Shown: positions 1 through 8,271, counted from the first letter of the stretch. The stretch is DNA of 64,000 nucleotides from an uncultured Gammaproteobacteria bacterium (GCA_964470695.1 CAYYDR010000001.1:593997-657996); one strand, 5' to 3'. The notes: generated from the sequence alone by a model not told the origin. Numbers and translations: made by a program.

Positions 1-1
1 G

Positions 2-331
2 ACCTGGTGGCAGAACATGCCAGCTATTCTAAAAGGCTTTATGGATAGGGTTTTCGTGGCCAAATTTTCTTTTACTTATAAAGCGGGCTTACCAATAGGA
101 TTATTAAAGGGCAAGAAGGCAGCCGCTTTCAGCGCTACTGGCGGCCCGCGGCTCTATACCAGCCTCTTTACCGGTGATCAATCGCTAAGTGTCCTGACTA
201 AAGACATACTTGGCTTTGCCGGTATCCAGGCGCGCGGCTTTTCTTTAGGCTCAGCGCGGCGCCTAGACGATTCTGATAAGGCCCACTTGGAACGGATTGC
301 TAAAAAAGTCTTAAAATATCTTTTTAATTAA
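2..331 (+). CDS. Flavodoxin-like fold NAD(P)H dehydrogenase (quinone) family protein, C-terminal part; 5' end outside window
   Basis: Frame is open from base 2 (TWWQNMPAILKGFMDRVF...). The WW..MPA.LKG..DRV pattern is typical of Flavodoxin_2/NQO-type FMN reductases. Track ORF 17..331 is the in-window remainder. Confidence 0.55.
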   Translation, partial: TWWQNMPAILKGFMDRVFVAKFSFTYKAGLPIGLLKGKKAAAFSATGGPRLYTSLFTGDQSLSVLTKDILGFAGIQARGFSLGSARRLDDSDKAHLERIAKKVLKYLFN

Positions 332-348
332 TATCTGTAGATATCTCT

Positions 349-903
349 TTAATTAACATCTGCTCCAGAGCGGGGCTGATTTATTAAGGCGCGATATAAA
401 ACAATGCCGGCGGCGACCATGACATTTAACGACTTATTAATGCCATACATCGGCACCTCGGCAATATCATTAGCTAAGCCTAAGGCGGCGACGCTTAATC
501 CGCTCGTTTCATTACCAAATAAAAAGGCTACTGGCAACTTATACTCAATATCGCGGTAATCCGCAGACTTTTTATTCTGCTCTACCGCTATAACGCGCAA
601 CCCTTTAATCTTCTTCAACTTCTTAACCGCTACCACAGCGGTTTTTTGATATTCCCAGGGCACTAATTTATAGGCGCCGACCGAGGCTTTGCTAATTTTT
701 GGATCAGGCGGCGTCGCCGTGCCGCCGCATAAATAAATTTTTTCCGCGCCAATAGCATCGGCTAAACGGAAAAAACCGCCGATATTATAAGTATCTAGGA
801 TATCTTCTAAAATTAAATAAATCGGCTGGCGAAAGCGTCGCGCTTTTATCTCTTCAGACCTAGTAGCATCCAGACGGCGCAACTCATAGGAATTCAAAGT
901 CAT
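349..903 (-). CDS. SpoU/TrmH-family RNA 2'-O-methyltransferase
   Basis: 184 aa. SpoU methylase motifs NIGGFFRLADAIGA, FLFGNETSGLS, PMYGINKSLNVMVAAGIVLY. Confidence 0.8.
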   Translation of the reverse strand: MTLNSYELRRLDATRSEEIKARRFRQPIYLILEDILDTYNIGGFFRLADAIGAEKIYLCGGTATPPDPKISKASVGAYKLVPWEYQKTAVVAVKKLKKIKGLRVIAVEQNKKSADYRDIEYKLPVAFLFGNETSGLSVAALGLANDIAEVPMYGINKSLNVMVAAGIVLYRALINQPRSGADVN

Positions 904-970
904 AAAAAATAAATTAAGTTTTCCACAGATAAAAAATAATTCATAAAATAGGCAATTTTATTGGGCCTAG

Positions 971-1026
971 GCACTATATACAATATATGGTATACTAATT
1001 AATACATTATACACTATATATAGAAA
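971..1026 (+). promoter_or_regulatory. Candidate tandem NrdR boxes overlapping a putative nrdA promoter (extended -10 TGgTATACT 988-996)
   Basis: ATACAATATATGGTAT (978-993, 14/16 self-complementary) and ACACTATATATAGAAA (1011-1026) each match about 13/16 of the NrdR box acaCwAtATaTwGtgt. Starts are 33 bp apart and lie 40 bp upstream of nrdA. The background is AT-rich, so chance matches are possible. Confidence 0.4.
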
Positions 1027-1065
1027 TAGAGGAAATGGCCTTTTCTTTAATTTCTTCAATACTTT

Positions 1066-3582
1066 ATGTCTTTGACCATTACAAAAATTGACGGCCAAAA
1101 GGAAATCTTTGACGCCGATAAGATCAATCGCGCTATCGCGGCCGCCTGCGAAGGGCTCAGCGAACCAAGCGCTAAGATAACGCAAATCGCTAGCGAAACC
1201 GAGTTAACGCTCTACGATGGCATTACTACCAGAGAATTAGACCAAGCCGTTATCGGAGCGGCCGTCCAAAATATCAAGGACGATCCTGATTTTGATATCA
1301 TTGCCGAACGCTTGCTACTGAAAACTATTTATAAGGAGGTGCTGGGCGACTTTATTGACACAGCTGATTTAGATAAACAGCACCAAGCCGGTTTTCTTGA
1401 CTATATTGAGCGCGGTCTAAAAGAAAATTTACTATCCCCGGAATTAAAAGTTTTTGATTTTACTAAATTATCCAGCGTCTTAGACAGAGGACGCGATTCC
1501 CTGCTAACTTACACTAGCTTAGCGACCATGAAGCATCGCTACTTGGCTAAGGGAGCGGATCAAAAGCTCCGCGAAACGCCGCAATATTTCTGGATGCGCG
1601 TCGCTATGGGCATGGCATACAAAGAAAAAAATGCTACCGAAATGGCCCAAAAATTTTATGATAAAATGTCGCGCCTAGAATATGTGGCCGGCGGCTCTAC
1701 TAATATCAACGCTGGCGGACCAACGCCACGGCTGAGTAATTGCTTTATTTTAGACATGGAAGATGATATCTCCCATATCGGTAAAACCGTCGCTGATGTC
1801 ATGAAATTATCTAAAGCCACGGGCGGTATTGGGCTAGCCGTCACTAAGCTCCGCGCCAATGGCTCGCCAATTAATACCAATAACACTTTCTCATCCGGCC
1901 CCGTCCCCTTCCTCCATATTATTGACTCAACTATCCGCGCTATTTCCCGCGCCGGTAAAAAAATGGGGGCGCTCTGCTTCTATATGGAAAACTGGCACAT
2001 TGACTTCCAAGATTTTTTGGACTTAAAACAAAATGCCGGCGATGATTACCGCCGCACCAGAACCGCTGATACCGCGGTTTGGATTTCTGACGAATTCATG
2101 AAGCGCGTTAAAAATAATGAGGCCTGGTATCTGTTTGATCCACAGGAAACGCCTGATTTAGTTGAGCTTTACGGCGCGGCGTTTAGCAAGAGATATCAAG
2201 AATACATAGACTTAGCCGAGGCCGGCAAAATGCGGATATTTAAAAAAATGCCCGCCACCGAACAATTCAATAATATTATTGTTTCCTTGCAAGGGACCTC
2301 GCACCCTTGGCTGACCTGGAAAGATACTATTAACGTCAGGGCCTTAAATAATAATACCGGCCCGATTTATAGTTCTAATCTATGCACAGAAATAACTTTG
2401 CCAGCCAATAAAGATAATGTCGCGGTCTGCAATCTATTATCAGTAAATCTTGCCCGCCATTTAAACGAGAAAAATGAGATTGACTGGAATAAGTTAGAAG
2501 AAAGCGTTAATTTAGGCATACGCCAATTAGATAATTTAGTGGACATTAACCAGCCGCCTATTGCCGAGGCGAAAAATTTTGATAGCCATAACCGCGCTGT
2601 CGGCCTTGGAGTTATGGGGTTAGCGGACATGCTTGAACAGAAAAATCTCGCTTATGACAGCTCGGAGGCCTATGAACTAACTGATGAAATAATGGAATTC
2701 ATCAGTTATCAGGCTATTAAAACTAGCGCCGCTCTTGCTCAAGAAAAAGGCAGTTATGATAACTTCGCCGGCTCCCTCTGGTCCCAGGGGTATGTGCCAT
2801 ATGATACGCTTGATAGGCTAGAAAAAGACCGCCAGCTGCCTCTAAGCGTTAAGAAGCAAGCCAGCAAGTTAGATTGGGATAGCTTAAGAAAATCTGTTAA
2901 GGCCGGGATGCGTAATTCCACTCTCTTAGCCATTGCGCCAACCGCTAATATCGGACTCATCGCCGGAACTTCAACCGGCATAGACCCGCGCTTCGCCCTT
3001 ATTTTCAGCCGCAATACCCTGTCTGGCAAATACTTAGAACTTAATTTTAATTTAGTTAAAAAACTTAAAGCTCTAAATCTCTGGGAAAAAACTCGGGAGA
3101 GTATTTTAATGACTCAAGGCGACCTGACTGATATTGAAGAAATCCCCGAGGAAATAAAATCTGTTTATAAAGATTCCTTCTCGGTCAATCCGGAGGCCTT
3201 CTTGGAAGTAGCGGCCCGAGCTCAGAAATGGGTTGACCAGGCCATTAGCCGCAACATGTATTTAACTACCCGCGATACGGAAGAAATCATGAAAATATAT
3301 CTCAGCGCCTGGGAAAAAGGCTTAAAAACAACCTATTACCTGCACATGAAGCCCCGCCATACCGCTGAACAAAGCACTACTAAAGTTAATAAATCTAGTG
3401 CTATCGGTAAAAGAGGTTTCGGCGCAGTTAGTAGCCAGAGAACAGAAAATGAAGCTGATAAGGCTAACCAAGAACTTAAGGCTAGCCCGTCGCTCGCCAA
3501 AGAAGCTAGCACTACTCCTGCTCCTGGCCAGGCCTGCCCAATTGATCCGCAGGAAAGACTCTTATGTGATAGCTGCCAATAA
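1066..3582 (+). CDS. nrdA: Ribonucleoside-diphosphate reductase, class I alpha subunit
   Basis: 838 aa. N-terminal ATP-cone (ITKIDGQKEIFDADKINRAI), catalytic loop SNLCTEITLP, C-terminal Cys pair CDSCQ. Immediately followed by nrdB. Confidence 0.95.
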   Translation: MSLTITKIDGQKEIFDADKINRAIAAACEGLSEPSAKITQIASETELTLYDGITTRELDQAVIGAAVQNIKDDPDFDIIAERLLLKTIYKEVLGDFIDTADLDKQHQAGFLDYIERGLKENLLSPELKVFDFTKLSSVLDRGRDSLLTYTSLATMKHRYLAKGADQKLRETPQYFWMRVAMGMAYKEKNATEMAQKFYDKMSRLEYVAGGSTNINAGGPTPRLSNCFILDMEDDISHIGKTVADVMKLSKATGGIGLAVTKLRANGSPINTNNTFSSGPVPFLHIIDSTIRAISRAGKKMGALCFYMENWHIDFQDFLDLKQNAGDDYRRTRTADTAVWISDEFMKRVKNNEAWYLFDPQETPDLVELYGAAFSKRYQEYIDLAEAGKMRIFKKMPATEQFNNIIVSLQGTSHPWLTWKDTINVRALNNNTGPIYSSNLCTEITLPANKDNVAVCNLLSVNLARHLNEKNEIDWNKLEESVNLGIRQLDNLVDINQPPIAEAKNFDSHNRAVGLGVMGLADMLEQKNLAYDSSEAYELTDEIMEFISYQAIKTSAALAQEKGSYDNFAGSLWSQGYVPYDTLDRLEKDRQLPLSVKKQASKLDWDSLRKSVKAGMRNSTLLAIAPTANIGLIAGTSTGIDPRFALIFSRNTLSGKYLELNFNLVKKLKALNLWEKTRESILMTQGDLTDIEEIPEEIKSVYKDSFSVNPEAFLEVAARAQKWVDQAISRNMYLTTRDTEEIMKIYLSAWEKGLKTTYYLHMKPRHTAEQSTTKVNKSSAIGKRGFGAVSSQRTENEADKANQELKASPSLAKEASTTPAPGQACPIDPQERLLCDSCQ

Positions 3583-3613
3583 AAATATTCTTTAAATAAA
3601 TAACTAAAATTAT

Positions 3614-4594
3614 ATGATATTAGGAAAACCGCTCAATGAGGATATGCAGCTTAGGCCCATAAAATATCCCTGGGCCTATGATCTCTATAATCAAGCTGTT
3701 GCTAATACTTGGTTCCCCCACGAAATCGCTCTCGGCGAAGATTTAGAGGATTGGAAAAAAATGACGGAAGATGAACGGCACGCCGTCAGCTTTCTAATGA
3801 GCTTCTTTAACCCGGCAGAACTTATTGTTAATAGAACTTTGGCGCTCGGGGTTTATCCTTATTTAAAAGCGCCCGAGGCCCATCTTTATTTAGCTAAACA
3901 AATGTGGGAGGAAGCTAACCACTGTCTAGCCTTTGAATATGTGCTAGAAACCTTCCCTCTTGATAGGACGAAAGTCTTCCAGCAGCATCTAGAAACTCCC
4001 TCCATAAAAGCTAAAGAGGACTTTATCACCCGCCATTTGACCCGTATGACTGAAATGAACCTGGATATTAATACGGCGGAGGGGAAAAAAGACTTTGTCC
4101 GCAATTTAGTCGCCTATAACGTTATTATGGAGGGCATTTGGTTCTACAGCGGCTTCATGGTCGCTCTCAGCTTCCGCCAAAGGCGCCAGTTGCGCAACTT
4201 CGGTTCGCTTATTGACTGGGTCGTTAGAGACGAAAGCCTGCATCTAAAATTCGGCATAAATTTAATCTTAACCATTCTAGAAGAAAATCCCGAAATAGTG
4301 ACTAGCGAATTCAGCCAGGAAATTCAAGACATTATTATTAACGGCGTTGAACTAGAAACGGCTTATAATCGCGACATGTTCCCGCGCGGTATTCTAGGCG
4401 TTAACGCGGACTATGTTAACCAGTATGTCCAATATGTCGCTGATAGACGTTTAGAGGAGCTCGGCTTCCCTACCCATTATAATGTCACTAACCCGGCTAA
4501 ATGGATGGCGGCGGCGACCGACGCTTTAGAACTGGTTAATTTTTTTGAAACGCAAAATACTAACTACGAAGTTGACGGACGAGCCAGTAAATAA
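3614..4594 (+). CDS. nrdB: Ribonucleotide reductase beta subunit (R2), class Ic-like metal/radical site
   Basis: 326 aa. Ferritin-like di-metal motifs FFNPAELIV, EEANHCLAF, MEGIWFYSGF, RDESLHLKF. C-terminal NFFETQNTNYEV tail. Confidence 0.9.
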   Translation: MILGKPLNEDMQLRPIKYPWAYDLYNQAVANTWFPHEIALGEDLEDWKKMTEDERHAVSFLMSFFNPAELIVNRTLALGVYPYLKAPEAHLYLAKQMWEEANHCLAFEYVLETFPLDRTKVFQQHLETPSIKAKEDFITRHLTRMTEMNLDINTAEGKKDFVRNLVAYNVIMEGIWFYSGFMVALSFRQRRQLRNFGSLIDWVVRDESLHLKFGINLILTILEENPEIVTSEFSQEIQDIIINGVELETAYNRDMFPRGILGVNADYVNQYVQYVADRRLEELGFPTHYNVTNPAKWMAAATDALELVNFFETQNTNYEVDGRASK

Positions 4595-4630
4595 TTAAGC
4601 AAATAAAGGCACTACTTAATTAGACAAAAC

Positions 4631-4658
4631 AAAAAAGCACCCGATTGGGCGCTTTTTT
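4631..4658. terminator. Bidirectional intrinsic terminator between nrdB and ferritin gene
   Basis: aaaaaaGCACCCgattGGGCGCtttttt: GC hairpin flanked by an A-run and a T-run, between convergent genes. Confidence 0.6.
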
Positions 4659-4687
4659 GTAACTTTTATAACTAATGTACAGCTAGT

Positions 4688-5209
4688 TTATTTAGCAGTA
4701 GCGGCATAAGGACCAGAGGGGACATAAACTCGCGCTGCCAAATCTTTATCAACCAGGTATAAGGCCGAGCCATCAGAACCAATCAGTTTTATTTTATCAA
4801 TCATTTCTGTAGCGTTAGCCTCTTCCTCAACCTGCTCATCAATATACCATTTAATAAAGGAAATTAAGGCATAGTCCTTTTCGGCCTGAGCAACTTCATA
4901 AATATTACCAATTAAGCTAGTAACAAATTTTTCATGCTTTAATCCGGCCTCAAAGACTTCTTGAATATTCTTGACATTAGCCTCTGGCTTTTTAATAGCT
5001 TCTAATTTAACCGCTACGCCGCGCTCGGTTAAAAATTTAAAGAAGCCCATGGCATGGTCAACTTCTTCCTTGGCCTGGATAAGCATCCAATTAGCGGCGC
5101 CTTTAAAATTCCAAGCCTCTAACTGGGCTGATAAGGCTAAATAAAGATAGGAAGAATAGAATTCTTCTTTAATTTGATTGTTTATTACATCAATAACTTT
5201 TTGCGTCAT
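4688..5209 (-). CDS. ftn: Ferritin (non-haem, Ftn type)
   Basis: 173 aa. Ferroxidase-centre pattern EEFYSSYLYL, QAKEEVDHAMGFF, YIDEQVEEE. Confidence 0.85.
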   Translation of the reverse strand: MTQKVIDVINNQIKEEFYSSYLYLALSAQLEAWNFKGAANWMLIQAKEEVDHAMGFFKFLTERGVAVKLEAIKKPEANVKNIQEVFEAGLKHEKFVTSLIGNIYEVAQAEKDYALISFIKWYIDEQVEEEANATEMIDKIKLIGSDGSALYLVDKDLAARVYVPSGPYAATAK

Positions 5210-5289
5210 ATGTTTAAATATTATGATAAATAAAATATATAAAACCTTAACTTAGGTCTATTTTTAAAGTAAAATTTATTAGGGAAAAA

Positions 5290-5577
5290 CTATTTTTTCT
5301 TGTTTTTCCGATTATTATTAGAGGAATCCTTAGCCGCCTCTTGCCATCTAATGCGGCCGATTATATAGCCGCCGATTATACCGGCGAGAAGCAAAGTCAT
5401 CTTGACGAAGGGCGACAAATAGCAATTAACTCCTAAAAAGCTATAAGCCTCGGGGACTAAGCCATCAGCGAGAATGATCCTAATTGACCAGGCTTCTAAA
5501 AAACTCTGGAAAATCGTTACTGGCAAAAGCGTTAGAAAGATGAAAAATAAAACGTAATTGATTTTTTCAATTTTCAT
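5290..5577 (-). CDS. Hypothetical small membrane protein with Lys/Asn-rich tail
   Basis: 95 aa, two or three hydrophobic helices. Same strand as its neighbours and downstream of the 54-aa ORF. Confidence 0.5.
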   Translation of the reverse strand: MKIEKINYVLFFIFLTLLPVTIFQSFLEAWSIRIILADGLVPEAYSFLGVNCYLSPFVKMTLLLAGIIGGYIIGRIRWQEAAKDSSNNNRKNKKK

Positions 5578-5604
5578 TTTTTTAAATTTATATTTTTTAC
5601 CAAC

Positions 5605-5769
5605 CTATTTAAAAGTAATTTCAAATAGGGTAAGAAAAAAAATGACCGTTACGATAATGCCAGCGATAAACCCAGACAAAGAGGAGGCGAGAGCCTTGCC
5701 AAGACGAAACTTAAATTTCTTGTGTTCACTAGAAATAAAATCTTTAGCTAACTCCTTTTGAATATCCAT
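5605..5769 (-). CDS. Hypothetical 54-aa tail-anchored membrane peptide (below the ORF-track size cutoff)
   Basis: Hand translation: MDIQKELAKDFISSEHKKFKFRLGKALASSLSGFIAGIIVTVIFFLTLFEITFK*. ATG at 5769, TAG at 5605-5607, one C-terminal TM helix. A promoter-like ATGACA-N17-TATAAT lies upstream at 5820-5848. Confidence 0.4.
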   Translation of the reverse strand: MDIQKELAKDFISSEHKKFKFRLGKALASSLSGFIAGIIVTVIFFLTLFEITFK

Positions 5770-5819
5770 AGTATTAATTTATTATCCAGCCTGGCCCAAC
5801 GACCAAGACTTATATTTAA

Positions 5820-5848
5820 ATTATAACAAATTATTGAAAGTTTGTCAT
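5820..5848 (-). promoter_or_regulatory. Sigma-70-type promoter candidate for the 5769..5290 small-protein unit
   Basis: Minus strand ATGACA-17 nt-TGtTATAAT. Confidence 0.45.
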
Positions 5849-5870
5849 AGGGGACGGCAAGCAGGCAATG

Positions 5871-5899
5871 AAAAAGGCGGTTATTTAAAATAAACCGCC
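5871..5899 (-). terminator. Intrinsic terminator after ORF 5911..6564
   Basis: Minus strand GGCGGTTtattttaaatAACCGCCttttt. Confidence 0.7.
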
Positions 5900-5910
5900 A
5901 GTTAAGCAAA

Positions 5911-6564
5911 TTATTCATTATAGGCCACTATCTCACGCTGTCCGGCATTCAGGCTCTTGCCGGTTAAGGATATAAACATGCCACCATTGAGCGAGGCAAC
6001 AAAATACATATTATTTTTTCCTATAGTGGTATAACTGGAGGTGGTAGTGGCTCTAATTTCATTAAGAAATTTTCCGCTCTCGTAGTATACCTTTAAAAAG
6101 TGTACCATATGCATCGGCAATGTCTCCGCCAAGCCCTTGTTGGGGCCGATATAATCAGGGTCGATCCCATTTACTACCCAAATAGCTGAGACTGAATAAG
6201 ATTCATCTGGCCTAATATCAGCTTTTTCCAAATCAATATTGGCGGCAGTATTAATATTACACTGTGCGCATTTACCAATTCTTAGAATCTTAGCCCGGTA
6301 GGCGTTGAGGCCTTTTATCATTATAAGCAGTCGGTATGTTTCTCCGGATTTTCTGGGTTCTGGCGGTTTCGGAATTTTAATATTACTTAAATCAATTCCG
6401 ATTATTCCATAGGCATTTTCATAAAAGTTTTCCCATTCCAATCTAATCTCATGAAATGAGCGATTAGGGTCAACTTCAACCCCCTCTCCCCTGATGTTAT
6501 TAACTCTAATCAGGACACTTCTCTGATCACCTATTTTCTTCTGCTGTTCTTCATTAGCTGCCAT
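5911..6564 (-). CDS. Hypothetical protein
   Basis: 217 aa ORF with a GGGAG Shine-Dalgarno upstream and its own terminator. No motif recognised. Confidence 0.6.
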   Translation of the reverse strand: MAANEEQQKKIGDQRSVLIRVNNIRGEGVEVDPNRSFHEIRLEWENFYENAYGIIGIDLSNIKIPKPPEPRKSGETYRLLIMIKGLNAYRAKILRIGKCAQCNINTAANIDLEKADIRPDESYSVSAIWVVNGIDPDYIGPNKGLAETLPMHMVHFLKVYYESGKFLNEIRATTTSSYTTIGKNNMYFVASLNGGMFISLTGKSLNAGQREIVAYNE

Positions 6565-6674
6565 TATTACTTTTCTCCCATATTATTTATTATAGTTTGA
6601 TTGTTAGCCCAGCCTATTTTCGGAAATAAACTAAGCTAACAACCAAACAAAAATTTCAAAGGACTAGTCAAAAT

Positions 6675-6708
6675 AATACAAAACCATAGCATTTCTACTA
6701 TGGTTTTG
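6675..6708 (-). terminator. Intrinsic terminator after the CxxC-x17-CxxC gene
   Basis: Minus strand AAACCATAGtagaaatgCTATGGTTTtgtattatttt. Confidence 0.65.
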
Positions 6709-6744
6709 TCAATATCTATAAAATTAAATAGGAATTACAAGAGA

Positions 6745-7326
6745 TTATTTTTTCTTCCCTTTCTTAACAACTGCCTTAACTTTAGGGGCTGCTACTTTAG
6801 CTTTAGAGACAACTGGCTTAATTTTTAAACCGCCATCCTTAATTTCTGGAGCAGCGACTTTAACCACCTCTTTCTTAGCAGCTGGAGCAGAAACAGAAAC
6901 TAAATTTAAAGCGCTTAAAATTCTGTCTAATTTAGAATTTAAGATTTCAAAATTCTTATTATCAGAAGAGCTGTTAGAGGCGCCATGGGAATGACTATCG
7001 CCGCGCGGAGCAAAACTAGGCTTAGAGAAATCACGACCGCCCGTCGGTCTAGTATTCATTCCTTCCTTGCCCTTAAAGCAGTTACTGCAATAAACCGGTC
7101 TATCACCGGTAGGGCGAAACGGTACTTCACAGGACTGACCGCACTCGGCGCAAGTTGCCTGATGCATAGCGGGCCGAGAAAAATCACGACCGCCACCACT
7201 GCCACCCCGGCCGAAATCGCGGCCACCAGAATCTCGGCGACCAAAATCGCTCGGACCCTTACGGTCACCAAATCCACCGCCGCCTCTTTTATCGCCAAAA
7301 CCACCCCGTTGATTAAAATTTTTCAT
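6745..7326 (-). CDS. CxxC-x17-CxxC zinc-ribbon protein with RGG/GGRDF repeats and Lys-rich tail
   Basis: 193 aa. CAEC-(17 aa)-CSNC. N-terminal repeats GGFGD/GGRDFGR/GGRDFSR. C-terminal KAKVAAPKVKAVVKKGKKK. Confidence 0.8.
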   Translation of the reverse strand: MKNFNQRGGFGDKRGGGGFGDRKGPSDFGRRDSGGRDFGRGGSGGGRDFSRPAMHQATCAECGQSCEVPFRPTGDRPVYCSNCFKGKEGMNTRPTGGRDFSKPSFAPRGDSHSHGASNSSSDNKNFEILNSKLDRILSALNLVSVSAPAAKKEVVKVAAPEIKDGGLKIKPVVSKAKVAAPKVKAVVKKGKKK

Positions 7327-7360
7327 AATTCATTAAATAGTTATTTATACTTAAAGTCTA

Positions 7361-7410
7361 GTCTCTTAAGCCCTTAAAATCAAGGGCTGAGGGCTTAAGA
7401 GACTAAGCCC
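7361..7410 (-). other. Nested, mutually exclusive inverted repeats in the csp / CxxC-gene spacer
   Basis: GTCTCTTAAGCCC (7361-7373) is perfectly complementary to GGGCTTAAGAGAC (7391-7403). GGGCTTA (7391-7397) can alternatively pair with TAAGCCC (7404-7410). CCCTT (7371-7375) can pair with AAGGG (7382-7386). Confidence 0.5.
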
Positions 7411-7412
7411 CA

Positions 7413-7450
7413 AACAAAATCCCGCCGCAATAAAATTGGGCGGGATTTTG
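7413..7450 (-). terminator. Intrinsic terminator after csp
   Basis: Minus strand ATCCCGCCcaattttattgcGGCGGGATtttgttt. Confidence 0.65.
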
Positions 7451-7466
7451 CGTTCAAGAGAGATTA

Positions 7467-7664
7467 TTAAACGCGTTTAACGTTTACCGCATTCATTCCT
7501 TTAGGAGATTTTTCCATATCAAAAGATAGGGTATCGCCTTCACGTAATTCATTGTATTGAACACCAACCAATGAGTTGCTATGGAAGAATAAATCCTTTT
7601 CTTGGCCTTCTACAGCAATGAAACCGAAACCTTTATCGGTTAAAGCTTTGATAGTACCAGTCAT
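7467..7664 (-). CDS. csp: Cold-shock protein (CspA family)
   Basis: 65 aa. RNP motifs KGFGFI and LFFHSN. Confidence 0.95.
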   Translation of the reverse strand: MTGTIKALTDKGFGFIAVEGQEKDLFFHSNSLVGVQYNELREGDTLSFDMEKSPKGMNAVNVKRV

Positions 7665-7755
7665 AGTATTTTTGTTCTTAGTTTGTAAGGTTGCAATTTA
7701 ATAATGAGATTAAAAAATCGACTACTTTTTTGACACGCGTTATTGTTGCTTAACT

Positions 7756-7784
7756 AATATAACATATTAAAATAAATAAGTCAA
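7756..7784 (-). promoter_or_regulatory. Sigma-70-type promoter candidate for csp (about 90-nt leader)
   Basis: Minus strand TTGACT-17 nt-TGtTATATT. Confidence 0.5.
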
Positions 7785-7809
7785 GAGTGATAGAACTAAC
7801 CGTCAATAT

Positions 7810-7834
7810 TAAAAAATAGGCTCTAATTAGCCTA
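7810..7834 (-). terminator. Terminator hairpin after DUF1294 gene; third copy of the TAGGCT-N5-TAGCCTA hairpin family
   Basis: taaaaaaTAGGCTctaatTAGCCTA. The A-run on the plus strand gives a U-run on the minus strand. Same core as 9181-9216 and 14223-14258. Confidence 0.55.
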
Positions 7835-7859
7835 TCTTAGCCTTTTATATTAGTTACTC

Positions 7860-8156
7860 TCAGTTCCCTATCAAAAATAAATAAAGCAAATAAAGCGTAG
7901 CTAAGTTTTGAATAATTAAAAGCGGAATACCAAATAAAAAACACCATTTCTTAGTCTTATGCCGAAAAGCGAACATGCCGGCATAAATTCCCAGGCTGCC
8001 AAAAATAACTGCCCAAAAGAACATCATCCCTTCCGAAATTCTTTCTGATCCCGAGCGAGCAGATTTAACCTTATCTTCCAACATGACTAAAAAGGCGATT
8101 AGATTAATCACTAAAAAAGGAGCAAGATAATATAGCCACGGGTAATCTATAAGCAT
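7860..8156 (-). CDS. DUF1294-family small membrane protein
   Basis: 98 aa, 3 TM helices. FRHKTKKWCF motif is characteristic of DUF1294. TGA stop. Confidence 0.7.
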   Translation of the reverse strand: MLIDYPWLYYLAPFLVINLIAFLVMLEDKVKSARSGSERISEGMMFFWAVIFGSLGIYAGMFAFRHKTKKWCFLFGIPLLIIQNLATLYLLYLFLIGN

Positions 8157-8211
8157 AAATTAATTTTATCAAAAATTACTGTTTTTGACTATTTTAATTA
8201 ATTTAATAAAT

Positions 8212-8238
8212 AAAAAAGCCCGCGTAGGTTTCGGGCTT
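8212..8238 (-). terminator. Intrinsic terminator after ORF 8272..8607
   Basis: Minus strand AGCCCGaaacctacgCGGGCTttttt. Confidence 0.7.
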
Positions 8239-8271
8239 TACTAACAAATAATAATGAACTTCAAGGCAGGA

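Noticed and set aside
5210-5289. Fur/PerR-like box (ATTATGATAAATAA) upstream of the ferritin gene.
   Set aside because: It gives only a partial match to the 19-bp Fur consensus, in extremely AT-rich DNA. I cannot distinguish it from chance without a genome-wide scan or knowledge of a fur gene.
5558-5761. Track ORF of 67 aa on the plus strand.
   Set aside because: It is antisense to a more plausible 54-aa minus-strand ORF (5605-5769). That ORF has a clean TM helix and a promoter-like element, and it shares its strand with all neighbouring genes.
6985-7377. Plus-strand 130-aa ORF (and minus-strand 82-aa ORF 7056-7304) overlapping the CxxC-x17-CxxC gene.
   Set aside because: These are by-products of the repetitive GGN/CGN coding sequence. 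Their amino-acid composition is non-protein-like (A/T/R/S runs), and the recognised zinc-ribbon frame explains the region.
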